A DNA stretch of 64,000 bases from the NCBI GenBank assembly GCA_965204755.1, contig OZ242011.1:2176001-2240000 (forward strand), written 5' to 3'. The notes beneath the pieces are model-generated. The model was not told the origin of the DNA. It did not search any database and worked only from the letters and a program-made list of their open reading frames with translations. The position numbers and the translations under genes are program-made. The DNA is from Candidatus Marinacidobacterium sp. (GTDB taxonomy: Bacteria; Acidobacteriota; Vicinamibacteria; Marinacidobacterales; Marinacidobacteraceae). This document shows, one piece after another, positions 19,024-29,138 of this stretch; positions within the stretch are counted from its first letter, which is position 1, and the number at the start of each line of letters is the position of its first letter.

Positions 19024-19367
19024 TGTTCCAACTGCCTCCGGCTCCGGAATCCTGCTTGGCGGGAGATGTTGTCGGCGCGGCGCTTCGTCGCACGGAAGCG
19101 ATGTGGAAGGCGGCAGGTTTCGGTTTCCGGCCGTACGACCCTCCACAGGCCAAGTACGTCCTCGACACCTTCTTCACCGAATCCCACGGCGGGCTCGAAC
19201 TGCTCGACTTCGTCGTCGAGTCCGCGGAAGAGCCGTTCTCGGCGATCCGGATGCGCGTCCGGTACACGGACGACGAGGACGGAACCGGTATGACCCGGTG
19301 GTTCGTGTGGCGGAAGGCCGACGAGGATTCGAGCGCCTGGGCCTTCCAGGAAGACGAAGGCTGGTGA
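19020..19367 (+). CDS. Hypothetical acidic protein (115 aa)
   Basis: Protein-like composition; overlaps the MTase stop and ends 4 bp before purF. Confidence 0.65.
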   Translation: MMFQLPPAPESCLAGDVVGAALRRTEAMWKAAGFGFRPYDPPQAKYVLDTFFTESHGGLELLDFVVESAEEPFSAIRMRVRYTDDEDGTGMTRWFVWRKADEDSSAWAFQEDEGW

Positions 19368-19371
19368 CGCC

Positions 19372-20808
19372 GTGAAGACGGGTGGTTCGCGCCCCGACGC
19401 GCCGGATCGGTTCCATGACGAGTGCGGGGTGGTCGGGGTCTGGAATCATCCGGAGGCGGCGCGGCTCGCGTACCTGGGGCTCTACGCGTTGCAGCACCGG
19501 GGGCAGGAAGCGGCGGGGATCGTGGCGGTGTCGCCCTCCGGGCAGTCGCTGAACGAGGTGAACGGTCCCGGACATGTCGCGGATGTGTTCGACCGGAAGT
19601 CGCTCGACGCGCTCCCGGGGCGGGCGGCCATCGGGCACACCCGCTACTCGACCTCCGGCGAGAACAGCACCGAGAACATCCAGCCGATCCAGATCGAGTG
19701 CAAGTACGGCCAGATCGCGGTCTGCCACAACGGCAACCTGGTCAACGCCCACATCCTCCGGCGGGAACTCGTGGACCGGGGCTCCATCTTCCGGACGAGT
19801 TCGGACACGGAAGTCCTGGTGCACCTGTTCGCCAAGTCCGGGCAGGCGACGGAACTCGATGCCGTCATCGAGGCGGTGCGGCAGGCGGAAGGAGCGTTCT
19901 CCCTCCTGTTCCTGACCACGAACGCGCTCTATGCGGTGCGCGATCCCCGCGGTTTCCGGCCGCTGCTGCTCGGCCGGGTGGGCGACGGGCATGTCGTGTG
20001 CTCCGAGACCTGCGCGCTCGACCTGCTCGACGCCGAATTCGTCCGCGACATCGAAGCCGGGGAGATGCTGCGGATCGACGACGACGGCGTCCATTCCCTC
20101 TCCCTCTTCGACGCCAAGCGGATTTCGCAGTGCATCTTCGAGCACATCTACTTCGCGCGCCCGGACAGCCGGGTGTTCGGGCGCGATGTGTACCGCACGC
20201 GCATCGCCCTCGGACACAGTCTGGCGAAGCGCACCGGAGTGGACGCCGATGTCGTGGTGCCGGTTCCCGACTCGGGCCTGATCGCGGCGATCGGGTATTC
20301 GCAGGCGACCGGCATCCCGATGGAGTTCGGGTTCATCCGCAACCACTATGTCGGGCGGACCTTCATCGAACCGCGCCAGTCCATCCGCAACTTCGGGGTG
20401 CGCGTGAAACTCAACCCGGTGCCGGCGGTGCTGAACGGCCGCCGGGTGATCCTCATCGACGACTCCATCGTGCGCGGAACCACCAGCCGCAAACTGGTGC
20501 AGATGGCGCGGAACGCCGGCGCCGCCGAAGTCCACTTCCGGGTCTCGTCGCCGCCGACTACCGGCCCCTGCCACTACGGCATAGATACGCCGCTGGAGTC
20601 GGAGTTGATCGCCGCCTCCAAGTCCGTCGAGGAGATCCGCGAGTACCTGAACGCGGACAGTCTCGCCTACCTCCCGCTCGAAGCGCTGGAGGAGTCCGTC
20701 GAGGACGAGCCCGACCGCTACTGCATGGCGTGTTTCTCCGGCGACTACCCGCTACCCGTCCCCGAACTCGAACGCGCCCGAAGCCTCTTCGCGAAGAACC
20801 GGACCTGA
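19372..20808 (+). CDS. purF: Amidophosphoribosyltransferase
   Basis: DECG propeptide junction, LQHRGQE, GHTRYST, IDDSIVRGTT, CMAC. Confidence 0.97.
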   Translation: MKTGGSRPDAPDRFHDECGVVGVWNHPEAARLAYLGLYALQHRGQEAAGIVAVSPSGQSLNEVNGPGHVADVFDRKSLDALPGRAAIGHTRYSTSGENSTENIQPIQIECKYGQIAVCHNGNLVNAHILRRELVDRGSIFRTSSDTEVLVHLFAKSGQATELDAVIEAVRQAEGAFSLLFLTTNALYAVRDPRGFRPLLLGRVGDGHVVCSETCALDLLDAEFVRDIEAGEMLRIDDDGVHSLSLFDAKRISQCIFEHIYFARPDSRVFGRDVYRTRIALGHSLAKRTGVDADVVVPVPDSGLIAAIGYSQATGIPMEFGFIRNHYVGRTFIEPRQSIRNFGVRVKLNPVPAVLNGRRVILIDDSIVRGTTSRKLVQMARNAGAAEVHFRVSSPPTTGPCHYGIDTPLESELIAASKSVEEIREYLNADSLAYLPLEALEESVEDEPDRYCMACFSGDYPLPVPELERARSLFAKNRT

Positions 20809-20858
20809 TCGTCAAATACCCAGCGGGCCACGGAGACAGGTTGAGCGACGGGAACTCG

Positions 20859-21494
20859 TTATGGTTTCCGCCGAACACCGTTCGGTCCGATCCATATTCG
20901 GTGTCGGCACGGATCTACGATAGGGCCGTCTCCGAATCTCGACTTGATGCGTAGAGCTGCGAAACTACGAATTACCGTGGTGGGAAACTGTTCGCGCAAG
21001 CGCGCAACGGTCCCCATGATCGTGGCGCCTCGCCCGAGAACGTCGTCGACGACCGTTATTCGTTCGGGCACGGTGTCGGATATGCCCCTTATCTCGAGGG
21101 AGTCGTAGTGTTCTCGATGTGTGGGGCGCTCACCGGGTGCCGAAAAGGCGGACTTAGGCATGGTGTATGTTCTGCGTATCAACAGAGACACACTGATTCC
21201 GAGTCCATGGTTCTTCAACGCTTCCGCGAGGAGGAGGCCGACCCACTTCTGTTGCTCTCCCCGCCAAGGTACGGAGCCCGGGACTGGGACAAGTGTCGTC
21301 TTGGCGCCAAAGAGATCACGCAGTCCCTCATGTTGTGTCAACGCGACAACTTTTTCAGCCACTTGGTTTATGGCCCAATCGTGGCCGTTCTTCACGGCAC
21401 TGCGTATCTGCCGTGACTTGCGTGCGATCTCGCTTGTCTCCTTTGACGAGTAGGCGAGAGCCGTGCCACAGACGACCTCAGAGAAGAGACTCAT
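20859..21494 (-). CDS. ComF-like phosphoribosyltransferase
   Basis: LVPVPGS, VVDDVLGRGAT PRPP loop; lower GC; start estimated at ATG 21494. Confidence 0.8.
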   Translation of the reverse strand: MSLFSEVVCGTALAYSSKETSEIARKSRQIRSAVKNGHDWAINQVAEKVVALTQHEGLRDLFGAKTTLVPVPGSVPWRGEQQKWVGLLLAEALKNHGLGISVSLLIRRTYTMPKSAFSAPGERPTHREHYDSLEIRGISDTVPERITVVDDVLGRGATIMGTVARLREQFPTTVIRSFAALRIKSRFGDGPIVDPCRHRIWIGPNGVRRKP

Positions 21495-22215
21495 CGACGA
21501 TCGTTCGTTCCTCAACACTCTCGCACCATCTGGAGACATCCTCTTGGCGAAGCGGTTCAGCACCGTACCGTATCTGGTCTTCAACCCAATCGATACCACT
21601 GGAAGCGAGAGGTTCCAGAATGGCGAGAGGGCGCCCCAGATTGATTGCTTCCCAGCCTTGGTGTTTCGTACCACTTGTGGGGCTGGCAGCCACGATTACA
21701 GTGGCGTCAGAGAGGATCGCCATGGTGCGATTTCGCATCGCGAAATTTCGCCGCTGGACCGAGGAAGACTCCGGAAACTGGGAGACCACCAAGTGTTCGG
21801 TCGCGATGGTGTGCTGCAACGAAGCGTTGGATGCGGGGTAGGCACGGGAGAGCGGTGTTCCAAGGACGGCCACGGTCTTTCCGTGGAGTTCGATTGCGGT
21901 TTTGTGCGCGACGGTATCGATTCCATCGGCGAGGCCGCTGACCACAGAGATGCCGGCTTGGACGAGACACTCCGCTACGGATCGAGCGAGAGCCAAGTCC
22001 TCTGCACCCGCTCGACGTGAGCCGACGATGGAAATGCGTCGACCTTCTTGCAGCAGCGTGGGGTTTCCCGCGAGGTAGAGCGCCCGTGGCGCGTTTCGAC
22101 TCTCGAACCGGTTGAGGGGGCCGAGAAAACTCTCGATCGGAGTAGCGCCGTCCGCCCTGTCGTGAACGGCTGCCCCGAAGAGCGAAGACGGGGGCGCTTC
22201 GCGGGGGCGGCTCAT
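21478..22215 (-). CDS. Short DprA/Smf-family (SLOG) protein
   Basis: IVGSRRA, VVSGLADGIDT, AVLGT, NFAMRNR; start estimated (22215 or 22284). Confidence 0.85.
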   Translation of the reverse strand: MSRPREAPPSSLFGAAVHDRADGATPIESFLGPLNRFESRNAPRALYLAGNPTLLQEGRRISIVGSRRAGAEDLALARSVAECLVQAGISVVSGLADGIDTVAHKTAIELHGKTVAVLGTPLSRAYPASNASLQHTIATEHLVVSQFPESSSVQRRNFAMRNRTMAILSDATVIVAASPTSGTKHQGWEAINLGRPLAILEPLASSGIDWVEDQIRYGAEPLRQEDVSRWCESVEERTIVDESLL

Positions 22216-22320
22216 CGGTTCGGCCCTCGGTAGGCCGTCCGAAGCAAGCCGGACAGCCCGCTGTCGGGACGAAGGCGTGCCCATCGTTGTTCGGGATTCT
22301 AGGCGACGAGTGCGACGGGC

Positions 22321-25143
22321 TCAGGCGATCGCGGCCCCGTCGGCGTCCATGCGGCTGATCGGGCCGTAGCCCAGGCGGGAGAGGCCCGGCTCCAAGCGGT
22401 CGGCGTCGCCGACCACCACCAGCGCGCCGCCCTCCGGGGAGAGGTGCTTCGCCGCCGCCTCGGCGACCTGGTCGCGGGTCACGGCGGCCACCCGGTCGGG
22501 GAACTCGCGGATGTCCGACAGCGGGCCGCCGCGGTGGAGGATGCCGCCGATGACCCCTTTCACGCCGCCCAGCGTCTCGAAGTGCTGGGTGTAGGTGCGG
22601 ATGAGCGTCTTCTTCGCCTCCTCCACCTCCCGGACGAGGACGCGGCGCCGGCCGGAGGCGATCCGCTCGACTTCCGCGAGCAGTTCCGGGATGGCGGCGT
22701 CCGCCATCTCCAGGTTCACCGACGCGGAGGCGGAGAGGATCGAGCCGTCGGTCAACTGGCGGCTGCCGGCGAAGGCGCCGTAGGTCGCTCCCATCCGCTC
22801 CCGGAGGTTCAGGTTCAGCCGGCTGGAGAAACCCCCTCCCAGGATCTGGAGCGCCAACCGGAGCGCCAGCCGCTCCGGAATGTCCCGAGGCGGGCCGGCC
22901 TTCACCCAGCGCGCGACCGCCTGCGGGCTCTCGGCGGCCATCCGGTGGAGCAGGACCCCCCGGCCGGGCGGCGCCGGCAGTTCCGGCGCGGGCGGCCGCT
23001 CCGGGACTTCGCCCCGCGCCCACTCGCCGAAGAACTCGTCGAAGACCTCCACCACCCGGTCGGTCTCGATGTCGCCGCAGACGATGAACGCCGGATCGTC
23101 CGGGACGAACCGCCGCCGGTGGAACTCGGCCAGGTCGTCCACCCGCACGGCGGCGAGCGAGTCCTCGTCCGACCGCCAGCCGTACGGGTGCTCGTCGGAG
23201 AAGACCGCCCGCCGGGCGATGCGGCCGGCGACCGAGTTCGGGTTGGCCCGCGCCTGTTTCAACGCGTCGAGATGGAGCGGGATCAACTGGGCCAACTCCT
23301 TCTCCGGGAAGGTCGGCCGCCGCAGCAGGTCCACCGCCAGGGCCAGCGTCGGGCGCAGGTGCTCGGTGAGGCAGGAGAAGGAGACGCTCATCGCCTCGGC
23401 CCCGGCCCCGGCGCCGAGGTCCGCGCCCATCCGGTCGAGCGCCGCCTCGAACTCGTGCGCGGTCCGGCTGCCGGCGCCCCGGCTCATCATGGTCGCCGTG
23501 AGGCCGGCGAGACCGGCGAGCCGGCGCGGCTCGTTCACCTTGCCTCCGCGAAACCGGAGCGTGGCTTCGATCATCGGCAGGTCCCGGCGTTCGTGGACGA
23601 CCACCGGGACGCCGGCCGCCGACTCCCGGGACTCCGGCAGCGGCGCGGTGAACCGGCCGGCCGGCCCGCGGCGCGGCGGGCGGGAACGGTCCGGTTCCGG
23701 CGGCAACTCCGGAACGGGCCCGACCGGGGTGACGGTCGGCGCCCGCCAGTCCGCCGGCCCCACCGGGACCGGGACTACGGGCGGCGCCCCGGCGGCGTCC
23801 GGCTCGCCGTAGAGCAACTCCACCCGGGGCGCGAGCAGGTAGCGGTTCGCGACGCGCGCCAGGTCCGCCTGCTCCACTTCGCGGTAGCGCACCCAGTGTT
23901 CGGAGAGTTTGTCCGGCTCTCCGAGATAAGTGGTGTACCGGGCCAGCAGGTCGGCCTTGGTGGCGAGCCGCTCCAAGGCGCCCACGAACGACACCTGCGT
24001 CTCCGCCTTGACCCGCTCCACTTCCTCCGGGGTCGGCCCTTCGGCGGCGATCCGCGCCAGTTCCTCGTCCATCGCTTCCCGGACGCGGTCGAGCGGCGTC
24101 CCCGGCCGGGCGGTAACCACCACCCCGGTCAGCCCGCCCGACTCCAGCGAGTACTGGAACGCGTTCACGCCCGACGCGATGCGGTCCTCATAGACCAGCC
24201 GGTGGTAGAGGCGCGAGTTCAGGCCGTCCGAGAGGACATCGGACAGCATGTCGAGCGCCGGCTCGTCCGGGTGGAAGAACGGAATGGTCGGCCAGCAGCA
24301 GTAGAGGCGGGCGTGGGGCACTTCGTCCGGGGCCGTGATGCGCCGCGTCTCGGTGAGTCCGATCGGCGGGAACTCGGGACGGCCCGGGCGGTCGCCGGGC
24401 GGAATGGAACCGAAGTAGCGCGTGGCCTGGGTAAGCGCCGTCCGCTCGCCCAGGTCGCCGGCGATCACGAGGACGGCGTTGTTCGGGACATACCACGCGC
24501 GGAAGAAGTCGTGGACTTCCTCCAGGGTGGCTTCGGCGAGATGTTCCATGTCGCCGATGACATCCCAAGAATACGGATGCCCGGCGGGAAAGAGCGCATG
24601 GAAGATGCGCTCCCACGCCGTGCCGTACGGCACATTGTCCATGCGCTGCAGCCGCTCGTTCCGCACGACTTCGCGTTGGGTGTCGAGCCGCGTCCGGTCG
24701 AGGACATCGAGCAGCCAGCCCATCCGGTCCGACTCGGCCCAAAGCGCCAGCCCGAGCGCCTCCTTCGGGACGGTCTCGTAGTAGTTCGTCCGGTCGTGGC
24801 TGGTCGTGCCGTTCACCCCCCCCGCGGACAGGCTGGCCCCGGCTTTCTCCATCAACCGGATGAAGTGCTGGTCGTTGTTCCGCGAACCTTCGAACATCAG
24901 GTGTTCGAAGAGGTGGGCGAACCCGGTGCGCCAGGGCTGTTCGTTCTTCGAGCCCACGTGGTACCAGAGCGCGACATGCGCCACCGGCAACCGGCGGTCC
25001 TCGTGGAACAGGACGCGGAGGCCGTTGTCGAGCGTGTGGAGACTCGAAGGGACGCTGACTTCCGCCGCCATCTCGAGCGGCGCGGCGTTTCCCCGGGCCG
25101 GGCGGGCCGATCGGGGCGGGGCGGGAAGCGGGGGTTCGGGCAT
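22321..25143 (-). CDS. M16 (insulinase/pitrilysin) zinc peptidase, two-half fusion
   Basis: GFAHLFEHLMF, NGTTSHDRTNY, LGGGFSSRL; start 25143 or 25071. Confidence 0.92.
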   Translation of the reverse strand: MPEPPLPAPPRSARPARGNAAPLEMAAEVSVPSSLHTLDNGLRVLFHEDRRLPVAHVALWYHVGSKNEQPWRTGFAHLFEHLMFEGSRNNDQHFIRLMEKAGASLSAGGVNGTTSHDRTNYYETVPKEALGLALWAESDRMGWLLDVLDRTRLDTQREVVRNERLQRMDNVPYGTAWERIFHALFPAGHPYSWDVIGDMEHLAEATLEEVHDFFRAWYVPNNAVLVIAGDLGERTALTQATRYFGSIPPGDRPGRPEFPPIGLTETRRITAPDEVPHARLYCCWPTIPFFHPDEPALDMLSDVLSDGLNSRLYHRLVYEDRIASGVNAFQYSLESGGLTGVVVTARPGTPLDRVREAMDEELARIAAEGPTPEEVERVKAETQVSFVGALERLATKADLLARYTTYLGEPDKLSEHWVRYREVEQADLARVANRYLLAPRVELLYGEPDAAGAPPVVPVPVGPADWRAPTVTPVGPVPELPPEPDRSRPPRRGPAGRFTAPLPESRESAAGVPVVVHERRDLPMIEATLRFRGGKVNEPRRLAGLAGLTATMMSRGAGSRTAHEFEAALDRMGADLGAGAGAEAMSVSFSCLTEHLRPTLALAVDLLRRPTFPEKELAQLIPLHLDALKQARANPNSVAGRIARRAVFSDEHPYGWRSDEDSLAAVRVDDLAEFHRRRFVPDDPAFIVCGDIETDRVVEVFDEFFGEWARGEVPERPPAPELPAPPGRGVLLHRMAAESPQAVARWVKAGPPRDIPERLALRLALQILGGGFSSRLNLNLRERMGATYGAFAGSRQLTDGSILSASASVNLEMADAAIPELLAEVERIASGRRRVLVREVEEAKKTLIRTYTQHFETLGGVKGVIGGILHRGGPLSDIREFPDRVAAVTRDQVAEAAAKHLSPEGGALVVVGDADRLEPGLSRLGYGPISRMDADGAAIA

Positions 25144-25195
25144 GAAGCGCGCCAATATACTGCCCCGTTCCGCCCGTTCGGCCCCCGATTTCCCG

Positions 25196-26362
25196 TTGCG
25201 AACCACCCCCCGGACGCGGCGTTCGGCCGCCGCTCGCCGCTTCGCCGGCGGGCTCGTTCTCGCGGCTTCCGCCTCCGGAGCGGCCCCGCCGCCCCAACCC
25301 GCCGACCCGTTCACCGCCGACCGGCCGGTCGAGGCGATGGTCGGCAAGCAGGTGGTCTTCGAGACGACCCGCGGAGACTTCGTCGTCGAGGTCCTGCCGG
25401 AGAAGGCGCCCAACCACGCGGCGTTCTTCCTGAAGCAGGCGGAGGAAGGGGCCTACGACGGCACCGCCTTCCACCGGGTGATCGCCCGCGGCATCGTCCA
25501 GGGCGGGGATCCCCTGTCGAAGGACCCGGAGGCGGCGGACCGCTACGGGACCGGCGGGCTGCTGCGCCTCGCGCGGGAGCCGAACGACGAACGCCACACC
25601 CGGGGCGCGGTGTCCGCGGTGCAGGTCCCCGGTCAGCCGGACAGCGCCGGTTCCCAGTTCTTCGTGGTGATCACCGACCAACCCGGGCTCGACGGCGCTT
25701 ACACCGTGTTCGCCCGGGTGGTGGAAGGCCTGCGCCCGCTCACCGCGATCTCGGAGGTCGAGGCGGACGAGGGCGGCCGGCCGCTCGAGCGGGTGGAAGT
25801 GGTTCGCGCGGTCGTCCGCGACCGGCCGCCGGAAGTCGCCCCGCCGTTCACGGAGGAAAGCGACGCCGAACTCGCGAACCACCGGGTCGTCCTCGAAACG
25901 CCCTTCGGCGAGATCGGGATCGAGTTGCTCCCGGAGACCGCGCCGAACCATGTCCGCAACTTCCTCCGGCTGGCGGCGCTCGGCGCCTACGACGGTACCG
26001 CGTTCCACCGCGTCGTTCCCGGCTTCATGATCCAGACCGGCTGGATGGAGACCCGGGAGCCGCTGCTGCCGGAATCGCTCGAAAAACACATCACCAACCT
26101 GCAGCCGGAGTTCTCCGACCTGCCGCACGAGCCGGGGACGGTCTCCATGGCGCGGCTAGCCGAACCCGACAGCGCCATGACCAGTTTCTTCATCGTCACC
26201 GCGCGGGCGCCGGCGCTCGACGGCGAATACACGGTCTTCGGGAGGGTGGTCTCCGGCTACGAGGCGGTGGAAGCGATCGAGGCCCTCCCGGCGGCGGAGG
26301 ACGAGTCGCCGCTCGAACGGGTCGCGATCCGTCGGGCCCGCACCGAGCCGGTCTCCCGATGA
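25196..26362 (+). CDS. Twin-domain cyclophilin-type peptidyl-prolyl isomerase
   Basis: Two repeats of APNH...YDGTAFHRV...LDGxYTVF; signal-like N-terminus; start approximate. Confidence 0.9.
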   Translation: MRTTPRTRRSAAARRFAGGLVLAASASGAAPPPQPADPFTADRPVEAMVGKQVVFETTRGDFVVEVLPEKAPNHAAFFLKQAEEGAYDGTAFHRVIARGIVQGGDPLSKDPEAADRYGTGGLLRLAREPNDERHTRGAVSAVQVPGQPDSAGSQFFVVITDQPGLDGAYTVFARVVEGLRPLTAISEVEADEGGRPLERVEVVRAVVRDRPPEVAPPFTEESDAELANHRVVLETPFGEIGIELLPETAPNHVRNFLRLAALGAYDGTAFHRVVPGFMIQTGWMETREPLLPESLEKHITNLQPEFSDLPHEPGTVSMARLAEPDSAMTSFFIVTARAPALDGEYTVFGRVVSGYEAVEAIEALPAAEDESPLERVAIRRARTEPVSR

Positions 26363-27387
26363 ACGCCTCCCGGCCGGCGAGTTCCCGAACGGCCGGCGGG
26401 CCGCTCGAGGTGGCCATCGTCGGCGCCGGTCCCTCCGGACTCGCCGCCGCCATCGAATGCCGGCGGCAGGGCCTCCGCCACGAAGTCTTCGAGAAGGGGA
26501 GTCTGGTGGACACCATCCGCCGCTTCCCGGTCCACATGGTGTTCTTCACCACGCCGGAACTCCTGGAGATCGGCGGGCTGCCCCTGGTGTGCCACCGGGA
26601 GAAGCCGTCGCGTTTCGAGTCGCTCATCTACTACCGGAAGGTGGCGCAGCACTTCGACCTGCGCCCGCGCCTGTTCACCCGGGTGGCCCGGTTGGAGCGG
26701 TCGAAGAGCGGTCTCTTCACGCTCCACCTGAAGAGCGAGCGGCAGGGGATCCCCGACCCGGCGCCGGTCGAGGCCGAGAATGTGGTCCTCGCCATCGGGT
26801 ACTTCGACAACCCGAACCGCCTCGGGATTCCGGGAGAGGACCTGGACAAGGTCTCGCACCGGTTCGTGGAGACGCACCCCTACTTCGGCTCGCGGGTCGC
26901 GGTGGTCGGCGGCGGGAACTCGGCGGCGGAGACCGCGCTCGAGTTGTACCGGGCCGGGGTCGAAGTGACGCTGATCCACCGGGGCGAGACGCTCTCGTCC
27001 CACTTGAAGTACTGGGTGCGGCCGGACATCGAGAACCGGCTGGAGCGGAAGGAGATCGCCGGCCGGCTGGGGAGCGCGCTCACCGAGGTGCGGAGTGACT
27101 CCATCCTCGTTCGCGGCCCCGACGGCCGGAGCGAGGAGATCGGGAACGACTTCGTGCTGCCGCTCATCGGCTACCGGCCGGACTACCGGTTCCTCGAGTC
27201 CGTCGGCGTGCGGAGCGCCGGCCCCGACGAGGCGCCGGTGACCGACCCGGAGACCTTCGCCACCGAAGTGCCCGGGCTCTATCTCGCCGGAGGCGTGGTC
27301 GCCGGCAAACGGACGAACACCGTCTTCATCGAGAACGGACGGTTCCACGGCGAGGCGATCGTCCGCCACCTCTGCCGGGAGCGGTGA
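26359..27387 (+). CDS. YpdA-family FAD/NADPH oxidoreductase
   Basis: GAGPSGL, FFTTPELLEIG, GGGNSA, FIENGRFHG. Confidence 0.88.
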   Translation: MNASRPASSRTAGGPLEVAIVGAGPSGLAAAIECRRQGLRHEVFEKGSLVDTIRRFPVHMVFFTTPELLEIGGLPLVCHREKPSRFESLIYYRKVAQHFDLRPRLFTRVARLERSKSGLFTLHLKSERQGIPDPAPVEAENVVLAIGYFDNPNRLGIPGEDLDKVSHRFVETHPYFGSRVAVVGGGNSAAETALELYRAGVEVTLIHRGETLSSHLKYWVRPDIENRLERKEIAGRLGSALTEVRSDSILVRGPDGRSEEIGNDFVLPLIGYRPDYRFLESVGVRSAGPDEAPVTDPETFATEVPGLYLAGGVVAGKRTNTVFIENGRFHGEAIVRHLCRER

Positions 27388-29084
27388 GTCCGGGTCGGGG
27401 CCCCCGGCCCCCGGCGGCGGCTGCCCGCGCGGGGGGGCAGGGGGCGGTCGGCGCGAGGCGGGAGCCGCTCGACTGGCGGATCGAACACGCGCTCATCGTG
27501 GACGGGACCGGCGCGCCGGGCCGGTTCGGCCACCTCGGCATCCGGGCCGGCCGCTTCGCGCCGCCGGAGGCCCCGGCGCACCGCCGCCTGAATGCCTCCG
27601 GGCTGGTGGCGGCGCCGGGATTCGTGGACCTCCATTCCCACGGGGACCTGGTCTTGGCGAGCGAGGGCCCGGGCCGCTCCCGGATGATCGCCGGCCGGCT
27701 GGCGCAGGGGATCACCACCGAGGTCATCGGCAACTGCGGCCTCGGGGCCGCCCCGCTCCACGGGGAGGCGGCGGCCCTCGCTCCCCCGGTGCACGCCTGG
27801 ATGACGCCGGCGGGCGTCCGCTGGCGGTGGGAGTCCCTCGCCGACTACTTCGCCGCGCTGGAGACCCTGGGTCTGCCGCTGAATGTGGCGGCGCTCGTTC
27901 CCCACGGCCTGCTCCGCCTCGGCGCGATGGGCCTCCGTCCGGGAGCGCCGGACGCCGGCGAGAAGGCGGCGATGGGCGCTGCGCTCGAACGAGCGCTCGA
28001 GGAAGGGGCGTTCGGCCTTTCCTGCGGCCTGATCTACCCGCCGGGGATGTTCAGCCCCACCGAGGAACTGCTGGGGCTGGCGCGGGACCTGGCGGCGACG
28101 GACGGGCTCTTCACCGCGCATGTGCGGGGATCGAGCGAGACCCTGCTCCCGGCGGTGGACGAACTGATCGCCATCGGGCGGGGCGCCGGGGTACGGGTCC
28201 ACCACAGCCACGCCGAGGCGGTGGGCCGGGCCCACTGGCCGCAACTCGACCGCTTCCTGGCGGCCGAAGCCCGGGCGCGCCGGGAAGGCGTGCGCGTCTC
28301 GGCGGACATGTTCCCCTACCCGGTGGCCGCCACCATGATGTACGCCATCTATCCGCCGTGGGCGCTCGAAGGCGGGACGGCGGAGTTGCTGGCCCGGTTG
28401 CGCGACCCCGGGACCCGCGCCCGGATCGCGGGGGACATCGAGACCGTCCGCCCGGAGTGGCCTCCGTGGGAGCCGGGCGGCTGGCCCCACAACCTGGTGG
28501 CGGCCGTCGGGTGGGACCGGATCCTGGTGTCCGGCGTCGGCAGCGGCGCCCCGGACGCGGTCGGCCGGTCGCTGGCGGAACTCGGCGAGGCCGCCGGGAA
28601 GACCCCGTTCGACGCGGTCTCGGACCTCATGCTGGAAGAGGAGGGCGCTGTCGGGCAGTTCGTCCTGGACATCACCGGCGAGAGGGGTCTCGCCCGTCTC
28701 GCCGCCGAGCCGGAAGTCGCCTTCATCACCGACGCGAACGACTACGGCCGCGGCTCGCCGCACCCGGCGGCCTGCGGGGCGTTCCCGAAAGTCCTCGCCC
28801 GCTATGTCCGCGCGGAGGGGGCGCTCTCGCTGGAGGAGGCCGTCCGGCGCATGACCTCGCTGCCGGCGGACATCGTCGGCCTTCGAGACCGCGGCCGCAT
28901 CGCCGACGACCTGCCCGCCGACCTGGCGCTCTTCGACCCCAACACCGTCACCGACCGCGCCACCCTCGAGTCCCCCCGCCGCCGCGCCGCCGGCATCCGC
29001 CTGACCTTCGTGAACGGCATCCCGGTGACCCGCGACGGCCACTACACCGGCGCCCTCCCCGGCCGCGTCCTCCGCCGGTCCTGA
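27384..29084 (+). CDS. N-acyl-D-amino-acid deacylase (amidohydrolase)
   Basis: PGFVDLHSH, GNCG, AHVR, HHSH, AVRRMTSLPA. Confidence 0.88.
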   Translation: MSPGRGPRPPAAAARAGGQGAVGARREPLDWRIEHALIVDGTGAPGRFGHLGIRAGRFAPPEAPAHRRLNASGLVAAPGFVDLHSHGDLVLASEGPGRSRMIAGRLAQGITTEVIGNCGLGAAPLHGEAAALAPPVHAWMTPAGVRWRWESLADYFAALETLGLPLNVAALVPHGLLRLGAMGLRPGAPDAGEKAAMGAALERALEEGAFGLSCGLIYPPGMFSPTEELLGLARDLAATDGLFTAHVRGSSETLLPAVDELIAIGRGAGVRVHHSHAEAVGRAHWPQLDRFLAAEARARREGVRVSADMFPYPVAATMMYAIYPPWALEGGTAELLARLRDPGTRARIAGDIETVRPEWPPWEPGGWPHNLVAAVGWDRILVSGVGSGAPDAVGRSLAELGEAAGKTPFDAVSDLMLEEEGAVGQFVLDITGERGLARLAAEPEVAFITDANDYGRGSPHPAACGAFPKVLARYVRAEGALSLEEAVRRMTSLPADIVGLRDRGRIADDLPADLALFDPNTVTDRATLESPRRRAAGIRLTFVNGIPVTRDGHYTGALPGRVLRRS

Positions 29085-29138
29085 GCCGCGGGGCGCGCCC
29101 CGCGCGGCCCCGTCGCCGCCCGGTCGCGCCCGGCCCGA

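Noticed and set aside
21478-22284. Competence dprA/comF locus
   Set aside because: DprA is short with no N-terminal SAM or C-terminal domain, the PRTase lacks the ComF zinc finger, and GC is atypical
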